Source: an uncultured Acidimicrobiaceae bacterium (GTDB lineage Bacteria; Actinomycetota; Acidimicrobiia; Spongiisociales; UBA5794). Taken from it: a stretch of DNA of 64,000 bases. The stretch lies in NCBI GenBank assembly GCA_947258375.1, contig CAMYIJ010000015.1, forward strand, positions 1,817 through 65,816, written 5' to 3'. Shown here one piece after another: positions 39,939 through 48,623 of the stretch. The translations under genes were made by a program, and so were the position numbers. The notes below the pieces were generated by a model, which saw only the letters and a program-made list of their open reading frames with translations, was not told where the DNA came from and did not search any database. How positions within the stretch are numbered: position 1 is the stretch's first letter; each line of letters begins with the position of its first letter.

Positions 39939-41248
39939 GATTCTCTCCTCGGGAACCGGTACGCCATGACCGGTGCTTCTCGCCCCTTCACGAGAGCCGG
40001 CTCGAGTTCGTCGACCTCGATCGCTTGAGTACAGGCCTCCCAGGTAGCGCGGGTCATCACCGTTTCGCCGGGCTCGGCCCACTGCTGGATTCGCTGGGTG
40101 AGGTTCACGGTGTCGCCAACGACCGTCCACTCGAGGCGTTCCTCCGAGCCCAACAGCACGGCAGCTACCTCTCCCGTAGACAGCCCGATTCCCAGTTCGA
40201 AGGGCTCTTTGTCTGCAGGCGCCCACACATCATTGAGCTCGGCCTGAGCAGCGTGAATGGCGATGGCGGCGTCGACGGCGTGTTGGGCGTGGTCGTCCTG
40301 AGGGACCGGCGCGCCAAAAACGGCAATGACGGCGTCGCCGGCGAACTGCATGATTGTGCCGCCCGCGTCGAGGATGGCGTGGTTCATGGCGGCCCGGTGC
40401 TCGTTCAGCTGGCCGGCCAGGACGCTGGGATCGGTCCGCTCGGCGATCGAGGTGTATCCGCGGATGTCTGCCATCAGGACGGTGACCGTCAGCTCTTCGG
40501 TCTCGCCGAGGCGCTGTTTATCGTGGCGCAGCTTGTCGGCGACGCCACCCGGGAGCAGCCGTCCCAGCGTCTCGCCGAGTTCCTCGCGTTCCACAATGGC
40601 CTGGTGAAGTTTCTTGAGTCTCTCCAGGCTCCCCGCCTTGCCAGTTGAGAGGCCTTCGGCGAGCTTCATGAAGAGCTGCTCGATCCCGGCGTCGACGCGT
40701 TCGGGGGTGGTCTTGCGGACGGCCGCGATCGCCTTGATTGGCTTGCCCTCGGCGACCAGCTGCAGCAGGTCTTCTTCCTCAGTACTAAGCGCGCTGTCTT
40801 CGCTGATCGGAGCGGTCAGGGCTTCGACGATCTTCGGATCGAGCATCGATCCGCCGATGGCGACTTCGCGGACTGCCCGTGCCAGCTGGTCGCCCTCACC
40901 AACACGATCCTTGAGCAGGTAGGCGTATCCGGCGGCACCTTGGGCAAGCAGACTCACCGCGTATTCAGGGTCGTCGTATTGCGACAGAATCACCACACCG
41001 GTACCCGGATGGCGTTTGCGAATCTCGATGGCGGCGTCGATGCCTTCTCTCTGAAAGTTGGGCGGCATCCGGATATCCGTGACCACCACCTGTGGGTTGG
41101 CGCTTTCGGCCCCGCCGACAAGCTCGTCGTAATCGGCTGCCGTGCCGACGATGTCGAAGTCGTCCTCCAAATCGAGAAGTGCCTTGACACCCTCGCGCAC
41201 GATCAGGTTGTCGTCTGCCAGGAACACGGAGATAGTGGACGGTTCCAT
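39935..41248 (-). CDS. response regulator fused to class III adenylate/guanylate cyclase (REC-HTH-like-CHD)
   Basis: N-terminal REC (ISVFLADDNLIVREG...VVTDIRMPP); C-terminal cyclase homology domain (VTVLMADIRGYTSIAERTD...QFAGDAVIAVFGAP...GLSTGEVAAVLLGSEERLEWTVVGDTVNLTQRIQ). Confidence 0.8.
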   Translation of the reverse strand: MEPSTISVFLADDNLIVREGVKALLDLEDDFDIVGTAADYDELVGGAESANPQVVVTDIRMPPNFQREGIDAAIEIRKRHPGTGVVILSQYDDPEYAVSLLAQGAAGYAYLLKDRVGEGDQLARAVREVAIGGSMLDPKIVEALTAPISEDSALSTEEEDLLQLVAEGKPIKAIAAVRKTTPERVDAGIEQLFMKLAEGLSTGKAGSLERLKKLHQAIVEREELGETLGRLLPGGVADKLRHDKQRLGETEELTVTVLMADIRGYTSIAERTDPSVLAGQLNEHRAAMNHAILDAGGTIMQFAGDAVIAVFGAPVPQDDHAQHAVDAAIAIHAAQAELNDVWAPADKEPFELGIGLSTGEVAAVLLGSEERLEWTVVGDTVNLTQRIQQWAEPGETVMTRATWEACTQAIEVDELEPALVKGREAPVMAYRFPRRES

Positions 41249-41377
41249 AGTCCAACTCTCGCGCGATTCGAACCGCGGGGCCAGGGTGGATTCCCCCGGA
41301 TGAAGGTGGGGTACTCCCCACCTGTGCCGGCAGGCTGGCACCCTCGACTTCGCGATGGCAGTTGGTAACTTGTTGAC

Positions 41378-42070
41378 ATGAAGCGGTTACCGGCAGCCTT
41401 CGTTGGTCTCGAATCGAGGACGGTTACGGTGATCCACGATCCGGGCGGCCCGTCTGAGAAGCACATCAAAGCCCAGGCCGATATTGACGCATACCGCGGG
41501 ATATTCCCCGTTTCCACGCCTATCTCCTGCGGCGATGTGGTCGAGTACGGAGACGGCTCCGGTACGCCTACTCGCCTGGTCGTAGCGGACTATCGGATCT
41601 TCGAACTCGTGTCTCCCAGCCACACGGACGTGTTTTGGGAAGGTGCCCTGCCACACCGTTCGGGAGCACCCGGGCTCCGCCTCTCGGATCTCCATCCCGA
41701 ACTGATTGCCGCTACGGGGGATCTCTTTGTCGACGGCTCGTACTCGAGGGCGGTTGTGGAAGCGTTGCTCGCGCTCGAACACCGGGTGAGCCGGCAAAGC
41801 GGGATCGACGCCACCGGCAGTGATCTTATGACACAGGCCTTCTCTGGCGAACCCGCTCCGGTAGCCATCGCAGTGCTGGACGGGGCAGACGGCCGTGCCG
41901 AGCAGGAAGGCCTCCGGCTTCTGTTCACCGGTGTGGTCGAAGGAATAGAGACGCCGAAGCGCCATGAGCTGCTGCATCGCGACAGCCCGGAACGGACACT
42001 CGAGCAGCTGGCGATGGTGAGTTCGCTATTCCATCTGCTCGATCGCGCCTACCACCGAACAGCGGACTAG
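41378..42070 (+). CDS. hypothetical protein with C-terminal TIGR02391/Hypoth_Ymh (Abi-C-like) domain
   Basis: C-terminal ~120 aa LHPELIAATGDLFVDGSYSRAVVEALLALEHRVSRQSG...GSDLMTQAFSG...EQEGLRLLFTGVVEGIETPKRHEL...LEQLAMVSSLFHLLDRA matches my recollection of that family consensus. The N-terminal ~100 aa are unknown. Confidence 0.5.
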   Translation: MKRLPAAFVGLESRTVTVIHDPGGPSEKHIKAQADIDAYRGIFPVSTPISCGDVVEYGDGSGTPTRLVVADYRIFELVSPSHTDVFWEGALPHRSGAPGLRLSDLHPELIAATGDLFVDGSYSRAVVEALLALEHRVSRQSGIDATGSDLMTQAFSGEPAPVAIAVLDGADGRAEQEGLRLLFTGVVEGIETPKRHELLHRDSPERTLEQLAMVSSLFHLLDRAYHRTAD

Positions 42071-42098
42071 ACATGGGCCGCGGCGCTATCTTGCCCTG

Positions 42099-42569
42099 AT
42101 GTCCTACCAGTGGGCGAAGTACCTGCATCTCATGGCTGCTGCGCTCTTCATTGGCGTGCACGGCGCGTCGATGGTGGTGTTCTATGTGATCCGAGGCGAG
42201 ACCGACCGCAAGCGGATTGAATCGCTGCTGGCCTTTTCTGCTCGCACCGTCATGCCCATGTACATCTCGATGGCGCTGGTGGTTGTGACCGGAGTACTGG
42301 TCGGTGGCAAGATCGGCGCATTCGACCGGGGATGGGGATGGTGGTCGATCGTTTTGCTCGGCGTTGTCTCAGCACTGATGTGGATATTCGCCAAGCCCAT
42401 CCACGTCCGCGTGGCGGCAGCCCTCGAGGTGCGACCCTCCGGCGTGCCCCGGGTGGCCGACGAGGACCTACCTTCGATCCTGAGCACGCCGCACACCCAC
42501 GTCGTTACCGGTATCGGGCTTGCCGGCATCGCCGGGCTCATCTACCTGATGACGTTCAAGCCGTTCTGA
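42099..42569 (+). CDS. small integral membrane protein (4 TM, DUF2269-like)
   Basis: Four hydrophobic helices; MSYQWAKYLHLMAAALFIGVHG... Confidence 0.6.
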   Translation: MSYQWAKYLHLMAAALFIGVHGASMVVFYVIRGETDRKRIESLLAFSARTVMPMYISMALVVVTGVLVGGKIGAFDRGWGWWSIVLLGVVSALMWIFAKPIHVRVAAALEVRPSGVPRVADEDLPSILSTPHTHVVTGIGLAGIAGLIYLMTFKPF

Positions 42570-42572
42570 TAG

Positions 42573-43568
42573 TCACGCCGGAGGCAGCGGCCGAGATGCC
42601 GGCCCCTGCACCACGGCTCCGTCCGGGCCGAAACGTGAACCGTGGCAAGGGCAGTCGAAGGTGCGTTCAGCAGGGTTCCACGCCACGATGCAACCGAGAT
42701 GGGTACAGCGCGCCGATAGCAAGTGGGTCGCGCCGTCGTCGTCGACGAAAGCCGCAAGCTGCTCACCATGGCGATCAACGACGCCACCCTCCCCCGGCGA
42801 TAGCTGCGATTCGAGCTGGCGTATGGTGCGCGACACAAAGACGTCGACGGCAGCATGGTCCAGCACCGCCTTGGGGACCGACCCCAGCAAGACGCCGCGC
42901 ATTCCAGTCATGCCCTTGTTGCCGATCACGATGAGATCGCTTCCGGCACCCGCCGCTGCCTCGATTATCTTCCCCGCCGGATCTCCCTCGAGCAGGTGAA
43001 TGGAGCTGGCGACATCATCTCCGTAGACGGCGACTGTATCGGTGGTGGTGAGCTCGCCGGTGGCGCGGCGACCAACGAATATGAGATCCACCGTCGCATC
43101 CAGGGAGCGAGCGAGGTCGAATCCACGCCGCGCGGCGCGATCCGCAGTCGCGGATCCGTCGGTGGCGATGGCGATCTTCCGATACGGGACGCTCCCATCA
43201 TGGGGCCGCGGTGTCACCACCAGCAGGTCGCATGGAGCCTCGTGGGAGAGCCGGTGTACTGCGTGTGCCGGGCGGCGTCCTCCACGGTCGACCACGATCA
43301 ACCCGGCATCCAATCTCTCCGCGGCTGCGGCAACGAGATCGGCGAGGTTGCCGGTATGTGATGTCGTGCCGACTCTCCAGCCGGGTATCCCGGACATCAT
43401 GACCGTCGCAGCAATATCGGCCATTGCGCTGTCGTGAACGGCATCCTCAGTACCGGCATGGACGATTTCGATCCGGGTGTCGCCGATGGCCGCAAGTGCC
43501 CCCGCGATAGCCAGGGCGGACGCGTCCGGAGTACCGTCGCTTCCGACCACGATTCGCCCGAATTCCAT
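42573..43568 (-). CDS. tandem universal stress protein domains fused to a C-terminal Rieske [2Fe-2S] domain
   Basis: Two UspA-like halves (IVVGSDGT... and IAIATDGS...IVIGNKGMTGMRGVLLGSVPKAVLDHAAVDVFVS), then CTHLGC...CPCHGSRF (Rieske CxH...CxxH). Confidence 0.75.
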   Translation of the reverse strand: MEFGRIVVGSDGTPDASALAIAGALAAIGDTRIEIVHAGTEDAVHDSAMADIAATVMMSGIPGWRVGTTSHTGNLADLVAAAAERLDAGLIVVDRGGRRPAHAVHRLSHEAPCDLLVVTPRPHDGSVPYRKIAIATDGSATADRAARRGFDLARSLDATVDLIFVGRRATGELTTTDTVAVYGDDVASSIHLLEGDPAGKIIEAAAGAGSDLIVIGNKGMTGMRGVLLGSVPKAVLDHAAVDVFVSRTIRQLESQLSPGEGGVVDRHGEQLAAFVDDDGATHLLSARCTHLGCIVAWNPAERTFDCPCHGSRFGPDGAVVQGPASRPLPPA

Positions 43569-43593
43569 CTCGTGGAGAATACCGCGCAGCGAA

Positions 43594-43816
43594 AGTCTCT
43601 CCCCTCGCGAGAGTCGGCGAGCGCTGGGGCCGGGAGATGGGCGGCGACGAAGGAGCCGCCCGAAGGGGAAAGCCGAGGCGCGGCGGACAGCTCTAGTCAC
43701 GACCGCAACCGCGTCCGACGCTGGTCCCGCGCCTCTGCTACCCCCCTCGCCTCGCAAAGCCTCGGCACTCCCCCCAAACGTCACCCGCCGAAGACGGCGT
43801 GTGACGGGGGGAGAGA
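43594..43816. repeat. GC-rich ~220-nt intergenic element with terminal inverted repeats (copy B)
   Basis: GTCTCTCCCCTCGCGAG...GACGGGGGGAGAGACCGG fills the whole divergent intergenic region between the Usp-Rieske and LLM genes. Internal modules are collinear with A1. Confidence 0.6.
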
Positions 43817-43833
43817 CCGGTAGCCTCCCGCCA

Positions 43834-44760
43834 ATGGATCTAGCACTACAGGTGGTCGGCGACTACGACCACGTCTTGAACGCTGCCCGGCTGGCGCACT
43901 CGGGAGGGGCGGTGGCGGTATCGCTTGCCGACCACTACCTCTACGGCGCGAGCCGGGAGCGCTACACGGACCCGACCTACGACAGCTTCGTCCAGGCGGC
44001 CGCTCTCGGACGGGACACCACCGATATCGAGATTGTGATGTTGGTGTCGCCGATCACGTTCCGCCATCCGGCGTTCTATGCAAAAGGTGCCATCACGATC
44101 GACGAGCTATCCGGCGGCCGCTTCGTAATCGGCATCGGGACCGGATGGCACCACGACGAGCACGAACTCTTTGGCATCCCGTACCCGGACCGCGGCGAAC
44201 GCTTTGGCATGCTCGAAGACGCCCTCGGCTACCTGCGCCGGTTCTTCGACGATCCGCAGCAGGGATTCGAGTCGGACCGCTACCGCTTCGAAGGCCTCGG
44301 CTACCAGCCTCGAGCCCGCTCCGATCTGCGCATCCTCGTGGGCGGCACCGGTGAGAAGCGCACGCCGCGCCTGGCGGGGACGTTCGGCGGGGAGTTCTCG
44401 ATCGCCGAAACACCTCCGGACGGTGTGGCCCCGCGCGTAACCCGCGCGAGGGAAGCGGCGGCTGCCACCGGACGAGACCCGGACGCGTTGCTGGTCTCGA
44501 TGACCGCGGCCGTCATCAGCGGCGGGACGGACGCCGAGATCACCGACAATCTCGGCCGCTTCGGAGAGGCCACCGGCCAGAGCGGGCCGGAGCTACGGGA
44601 ACAGTGGGAGGGGCGCGGCCTCGTCTTCCGGACTTGGGAGGAGCACGTCGATCGGTTCGGCCTGTTTAAGGCTGCGGGAATAGAGCGGATCTACATTCAG
44701 CTCGCCACCCGGGTCGCCGACCACGCCGCGGAGTGCCTCGAACGGTTCCGCGGGATATAG
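43834..44760 (+). CDS. LLM-class (luciferase-like) F420-dependent oxidoreductase
   Basis: Bacterial luciferase fold signatures ...GGRFVIGIGTGW.... Start MDLALQ by ORF arithmetic; the ORF-track start at 43477 lies in the repeat element. Confidence 0.8.
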   Translation: MDLALQVVGDYDHVLNAARLAHSGGAVAVSLADHYLYGASRERYTDPTYDSFVQAAALGRDTTDIEIVMLVSPITFRHPAFYAKGAITIDELSGGRFVIGIGTGWHHDEHELFGIPYPDRGERFGMLEDALGYLRRFFDDPQQGFESDRYRFEGLGYQPRARSDLRILVGGTGEKRTPRLAGTFGGEFSIAETPPDGVAPRVTRAREAAAATGRDPDALLVSMTAAVISGGTDAEITDNLGRFGEATGQSGPELREQWEGRGLVFRTWEEHVDRFGLFKAAGIERIYIQLATRVADHAAECLERFRGI

Positions 44761-44765
44761 CCAAC

Positions 44766-46133
44766 GTGACAGATCTCCTCGCCGAGCTGAGCGCCCGCCT
44801 CCCGCCGGATTGCATCCAGAGCGACCCGGAAGTCGTTGCGGCGTACAGCCAGGACCGGGCCATCTTCGAACCTGCGGGTAGAGCCGCGGTACTCGTGTCG
44901 CCCCGCTCGACCGACGATGTCGTCGCCACCGTGCTCGCCGCCAACGCCGCCGACGTGCCGATCGTCCCTCGCGGCGCGGGCAGCGGCCTCACCGGGGCGG
45001 CCAACGCCAGTGATGGCTGCATCATCCTCTCACTACATCGCATGAACCAGGTGCTCGAGATCGACACCATCAATCGCCTCGCCAGAGTGCAGCCGGGGGT
45101 CATCAACCTGGACCTGAAGGCGGAGGTGGAGAAGGTCGGGCTGTTCTACCCGCCCGACCCGGCGTCAGTCGATATCTCGAGCATCGGAGGTAACGTCGCT
45201 ACCAACGCCGGCGGACTGTGCTGCGTCAAGTACGGCGTGACCAGGGATTATGTGGTCGGTCTCGAAGTAGTGCTAGCTAACGGCGACATCGTTCGCACCG
45301 GACGGCACACGATCAAGAATACAGCCGGCCTCGACCTGACCGGGCTGTTCGTCGGTTCCGAGGGTTTGCTCGGGATCATCACCGAAGTCACCCTCAAGCT
45401 GGTACCGAAGCGGCCTCCGGCGGCCACTGCCGTCGCCTACTTCGGGGAGCTGCCCCACGCCGGCGAGGCGATCGTCGAGGTCTTCCAGCAGGGCCATGAA
45501 CCGTCGCTGATGGAGATCGTCGACCAGCCTTGCCTACGGCAGGTCGAGGCGGTCTATCACATGGATCTCGACCTAGACGCCGCGGTGTTACTGCTCATGC
45601 AAACGGAAGGCGACCAGGCCGCCGAGAGCATTGCGGAACTCGCTGCCATCTGTGAAGCCAACGGCGCCACCTTCGTGCATTATGCAACCGATCAGATCGA
45701 GGCCGACATGCTGATCGAGGTACGCCGTCGCGTATGGGCTGCCTTCGAGACACTCGGTAAGGCAATGCTGCCGGAGGACGTGGCGGTGCCCCGGCAGCGA
45801 CTGCCGGAACTGATGGCAGGCATCGTTGCGATCGGCGAGCGCCACAACGTCTCGCTACCCACCATCGGGCACGCCGGGGACGGCAATATGCACCCGCTGC
45901 TCATCTTCGACGGCACCGACGCCGCCGAGGTCGCCCGCGTGAAGGAGGCATTCACCGAGATCGTGCATCTTGCGCTGGAGTTGGGCGGCACGATCGCCGC
46001 CGAACACGGCGTCGGCACCCTGAAGCGGCAATTCCTCGAAGACGAACTGGACCCGACCCAGCTGCGCGTGCAACGAGCGGTCCGCGACCTGTTCGATCCA
46101 GCCGGCCGCTTCAATCCGGGCAAGGCGCTATAG
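44766..46133 (+). CDS. FAD-linked oxidase (GlcD/D-lactate dehydrogenase-like)
   Basis: FAD_binding_4 PCMH domain (AAVLVSPRSTDDVVATVLAANAADVPIVPRGAGSGLTG) plus a C-terminal FAD-oxidase domain. GTG start just after the LLM stop. Confidence 0.85.
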   Translation: MTDLLAELSARLPPDCIQSDPEVVAAYSQDRAIFEPAGRAAVLVSPRSTDDVVATVLAANAADVPIVPRGAGSGLTGAANASDGCIILSLHRMNQVLEIDTINRLARVQPGVINLDLKAEVEKVGLFYPPDPASVDISSIGGNVATNAGGLCCVKYGVTRDYVVGLEVVLANGDIVRTGRHTIKNTAGLDLTGLFVGSEGLLGIITEVTLKLVPKRPPAATAVAYFGELPHAGEAIVEVFQQGHEPSLMEIVDQPCLRQVEAVYHMDLDLDAAVLLLMQTEGDQAAESIAELAAICEANGATFVHYATDQIEADMLIEVRRRVWAAFETLGKAMLPEDVAVPRQRLPELMAGIVAIGERHNVSLPTIGHAGDGNMHPLLIFDGTDAAEVARVKEAFTEIVHLALELGGTIAAEHGVGTLKRQFLEDELDPTQLRVQRAVRDLFDPAGRFNPGKAL

Positions 46134-46454
46134 GGCCACAATGGCGCTCTGGATTGCCGGCTATCTCGGACGCTGGTGGGCGCGCGATATCGCCCCAGGC
46201 GGTGGGTGTGTGGCCAGAAGCTCTAGATGCATTCGCTCCCCTGCTGCGGATGGCAATCCGTATCTCGTCGGATCTCAGTTTCCACTACGAACAGGTCGAG
46301 ACGACCGGGCTTTGGGAGGTCTGCGAATGGCGAGCGGATTCATTCTGCTGTTCCGGTCGTTCGACAAACACATTGACGGAGGGCGGTGTACCTTGGAAAG
46401 AGACACTGAGCGGGCTATGTGACTTCGGCGTGCGAGGTATCGGAGGTGGCGGCG

Positions 46455-47660
46455 GTGAAACGGCTGCGCGTCGTTGCAGTCGTCAGCGTTCTGCTCGTTA
46501 GCTCGTGCGGGCCCGCTGATGACACTTCGCCGCCTGCCACGAGTTCTGCTTCGACGATCGCACGCACAGCAACCACGCGATCGGTCACGTCTCAGGCCCC
46601 GCCGACAACCGCAACGTCCCCGATGGCGACAACCCAGCTAGCGGTGCCGTCAACCACCCAGGCACTGACCACGTCGGTTCCGTTGGATGTTCCCGGGCTG
46701 CTGGTTGCGGGGTCCGGCGGGATCATCATCGACACACCGGACGGCCTTACGCGGGTCTTGAAAACGCCAGTTCGCCTGGCAGTCCCCGATCTCGAGGGTG
46801 GAGTCGTGTACCAGCTCACAGCGACTAGCAATCCGATCGATATCGCCTGGGACGACGACGTTGGACGCTACCGGTATGTATGGGAGGAAGGCACCGCACC
46901 CGAACCGATCCGGTGGCTACAAGACCTGACTGGTGACCCTCGAGTGGTTGTCGATCACCCAGAAGGTGTCTTGCGACTGGTCGATGTCGTGCTCATCGGT
47001 GACGAACCCCACATTCTGTACCGACTGCGTGTGCCGGGACCGGTCTCGACCCATGAGACCGAACCTGGGTTCGGCATTGTCGAGCATCTCCTAACGAAAG
47101 ATCTGCACACTGGCACTAATCGGACTTTCGGGATCATCGGCGCTTGGGAGAGTTCTGGCATTGACATCCGGATTGGCGGAGACAGGGTGGCGCTTGGATT
47201 CAATTTGTACCCGGAAGGCCCAGGTTATGTCGGCGTTTTCGCTCTCACCTCGTTGCTGGAGAACCCGGCCGACGAGTGGGTGATCGATCCGTGTGGAGGC
47301 TTCGAGCTGACCTGCGCCGACTACGGACCCGCCGCTGAGTGTCCCGAAGGCAGGTTCTGCTACGGCTGGGTGACGCCGACTATCACGTCGGATGGGTCGC
47401 GGCTGGCCTGGGTCGGTCAATCCTCAGCCGGTGATCCCGGCGCGGACAACATGGTCAAGGTCGTCAGTGTTGACCTGACCACAGGCCTAGAGGACTACCG
47501 TGTGGTGCTTCCGTCCGCCGCCTACTTCGATTCCATTAGTGCATACGGGGAGTGGACTGTCATCAGTTCCGCCCACGCCGGAGAAGCCTTCCTGATCGGC
47601 CGTGACGGATCGGTGACGGCACTCAGCCACGACGGCACCATCACCGTGTGGCAACCCTGA
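46455..47660 (+). CDS. secreted lipoprotein with Ser/Thr/Pro-rich linker, unknown globular domain
   Basis: VKRLRVVAVVSVLLVSSCG lipobox, a ~70-aa S/T/P-rich linker, then a ~300-aa domain (possibly beta-rich). Confidence 0.6.
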   Translation: MKRLRVVAVVSVLLVSSCGPADDTSPPATSSASTIARTATTRSVTSQAPPTTATSPMATTQLAVPSTTQALTTSVPLDVPGLLVAGSGGIIIDTPDGLTRVLKTPVRLAVPDLEGGVVYQLTATSNPIDIAWDDDVGRYRYVWEEGTAPEPIRWLQDLTGDPRVVVDHPEGVLRLVDVVLIGDEPHILYRLRVPGPVSTHETEPGFGIVEHLLTKDLHTGTNRTFGIIGAWESSGIDIRIGGDRVALGFNLYPEGPGYVGVFALTSLLENPADEWVIDPCGGFELTCADYGPAAECPEGRFCYGWVTPTITSDGSRLAWVGQSSAGDPGADNMVKVVSVDLTTGLEDYRVVLPSAAYFDSISAYGEWTVISSAHAGEAFLIGRDGSVTALSHDGTITVWQP

Positions 47661-47898
47661 CGCTGCACTGCCACACGGGGCCGGCCGAGGCGACGAAGGC
47701 TGAGGACGGATCGCACCCGACAGAGGTCAGCAATCGCACTCCTTGCCCTCACACACGCGGCGATTGACACCCACTCGGAAATGCCGTTTCTAGTGCGGGT
47801 CTTGTCGGGGCTCGGAACGTGGGTTCTCAACTGGTAGTTGCCTCGCGTGGAGCCCGGATTGCCGGAAGCGGTGGCTTCGATGTCGGAGCCGCAGGGCT

Positions 47899-48297
47899 CA
47901 CGGACAGTTGCTGTTCTTCCACGCGGTCACCCGACCGGCTGCGGCGTCGAACTCATCGGTGAAGACCTCCTCGGAAACGGATTCCATGGCGGCAGTGTCT
48001 ACTTGTGACTCGTCGCCCCCGGCTGCGATGAGAAGATCCGTGATCTGGATCACGCCATTGGCAAACGTTTCAGCATCAGCCTTGATCTCTTCCGGTGCTA
48101 CCTCGACGCCCTCTACGTACTTGTCCCTTCCGTCGCGGATGATCGGGAGTGCCTCATCGGCGGGGAGACCTCTGGTGTCTTGCGCATCAAGTTCGTCAAG
48201 GATCTCGCAGAATCGCTCGGGATCGGCGCCCCCGTCCGAGCCCCCGCAAGATGCCTATGACCAAGGAGAACGCAATAAGAAGGGCAATGTAGCGCAT
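47899..48297 (-). pseudogene. small lipoprotein gene interrupted by a +1 frameshift in a G/C homopolymer tract
   Basis: ATG ~48297 encodes MRYIALLIAFSLVIG (signal/lipobox), then frame 1 stops after 33 aa. The +1 frame continues SCGGSDGGADPERFCEILDELDAQD...TAWKNSNCP* to ~47899. The junction lies in CGGGGGCTCGGACGGGGGCGCC near 48245. Confidence 0.35.
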
Positions 48298-48623
48298 GAG
48301 TCTCCTTGATGGCCGGCCGAGATTCGGACACTAGTTCTTCGGATGCCTCCGGGTCTTGAACGATCCCGCCTACACGATCACAGGAGCGCCCGCAGCGATC
48401 GCGTGGGGAACAAAGGGCCGCTGACGCCGAGAACCAGATACGCGCAGAAACGCCCGTCTCGCGAAACCGAGCCGAGCGGCACTCACATCGGCGCTCGTTA
48501 TGCCGGCTCGGCGAAGCTGACACGATGAGCGCTCCGGACAGCGACCGACCTGGAGTGCCCGAGATTGCTGCGTTGTGCGGCAGAACGGCCACCGCTGAGC
48601 TCCGAGCTGACTAGGGTCGCTGC

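Noticed and set aside
47661-47900. Possible tRNA (UUCGAUG T-loop-like string)
   Set aside because: A cloverleaf could not be built; no acceptor or anticodon stems.
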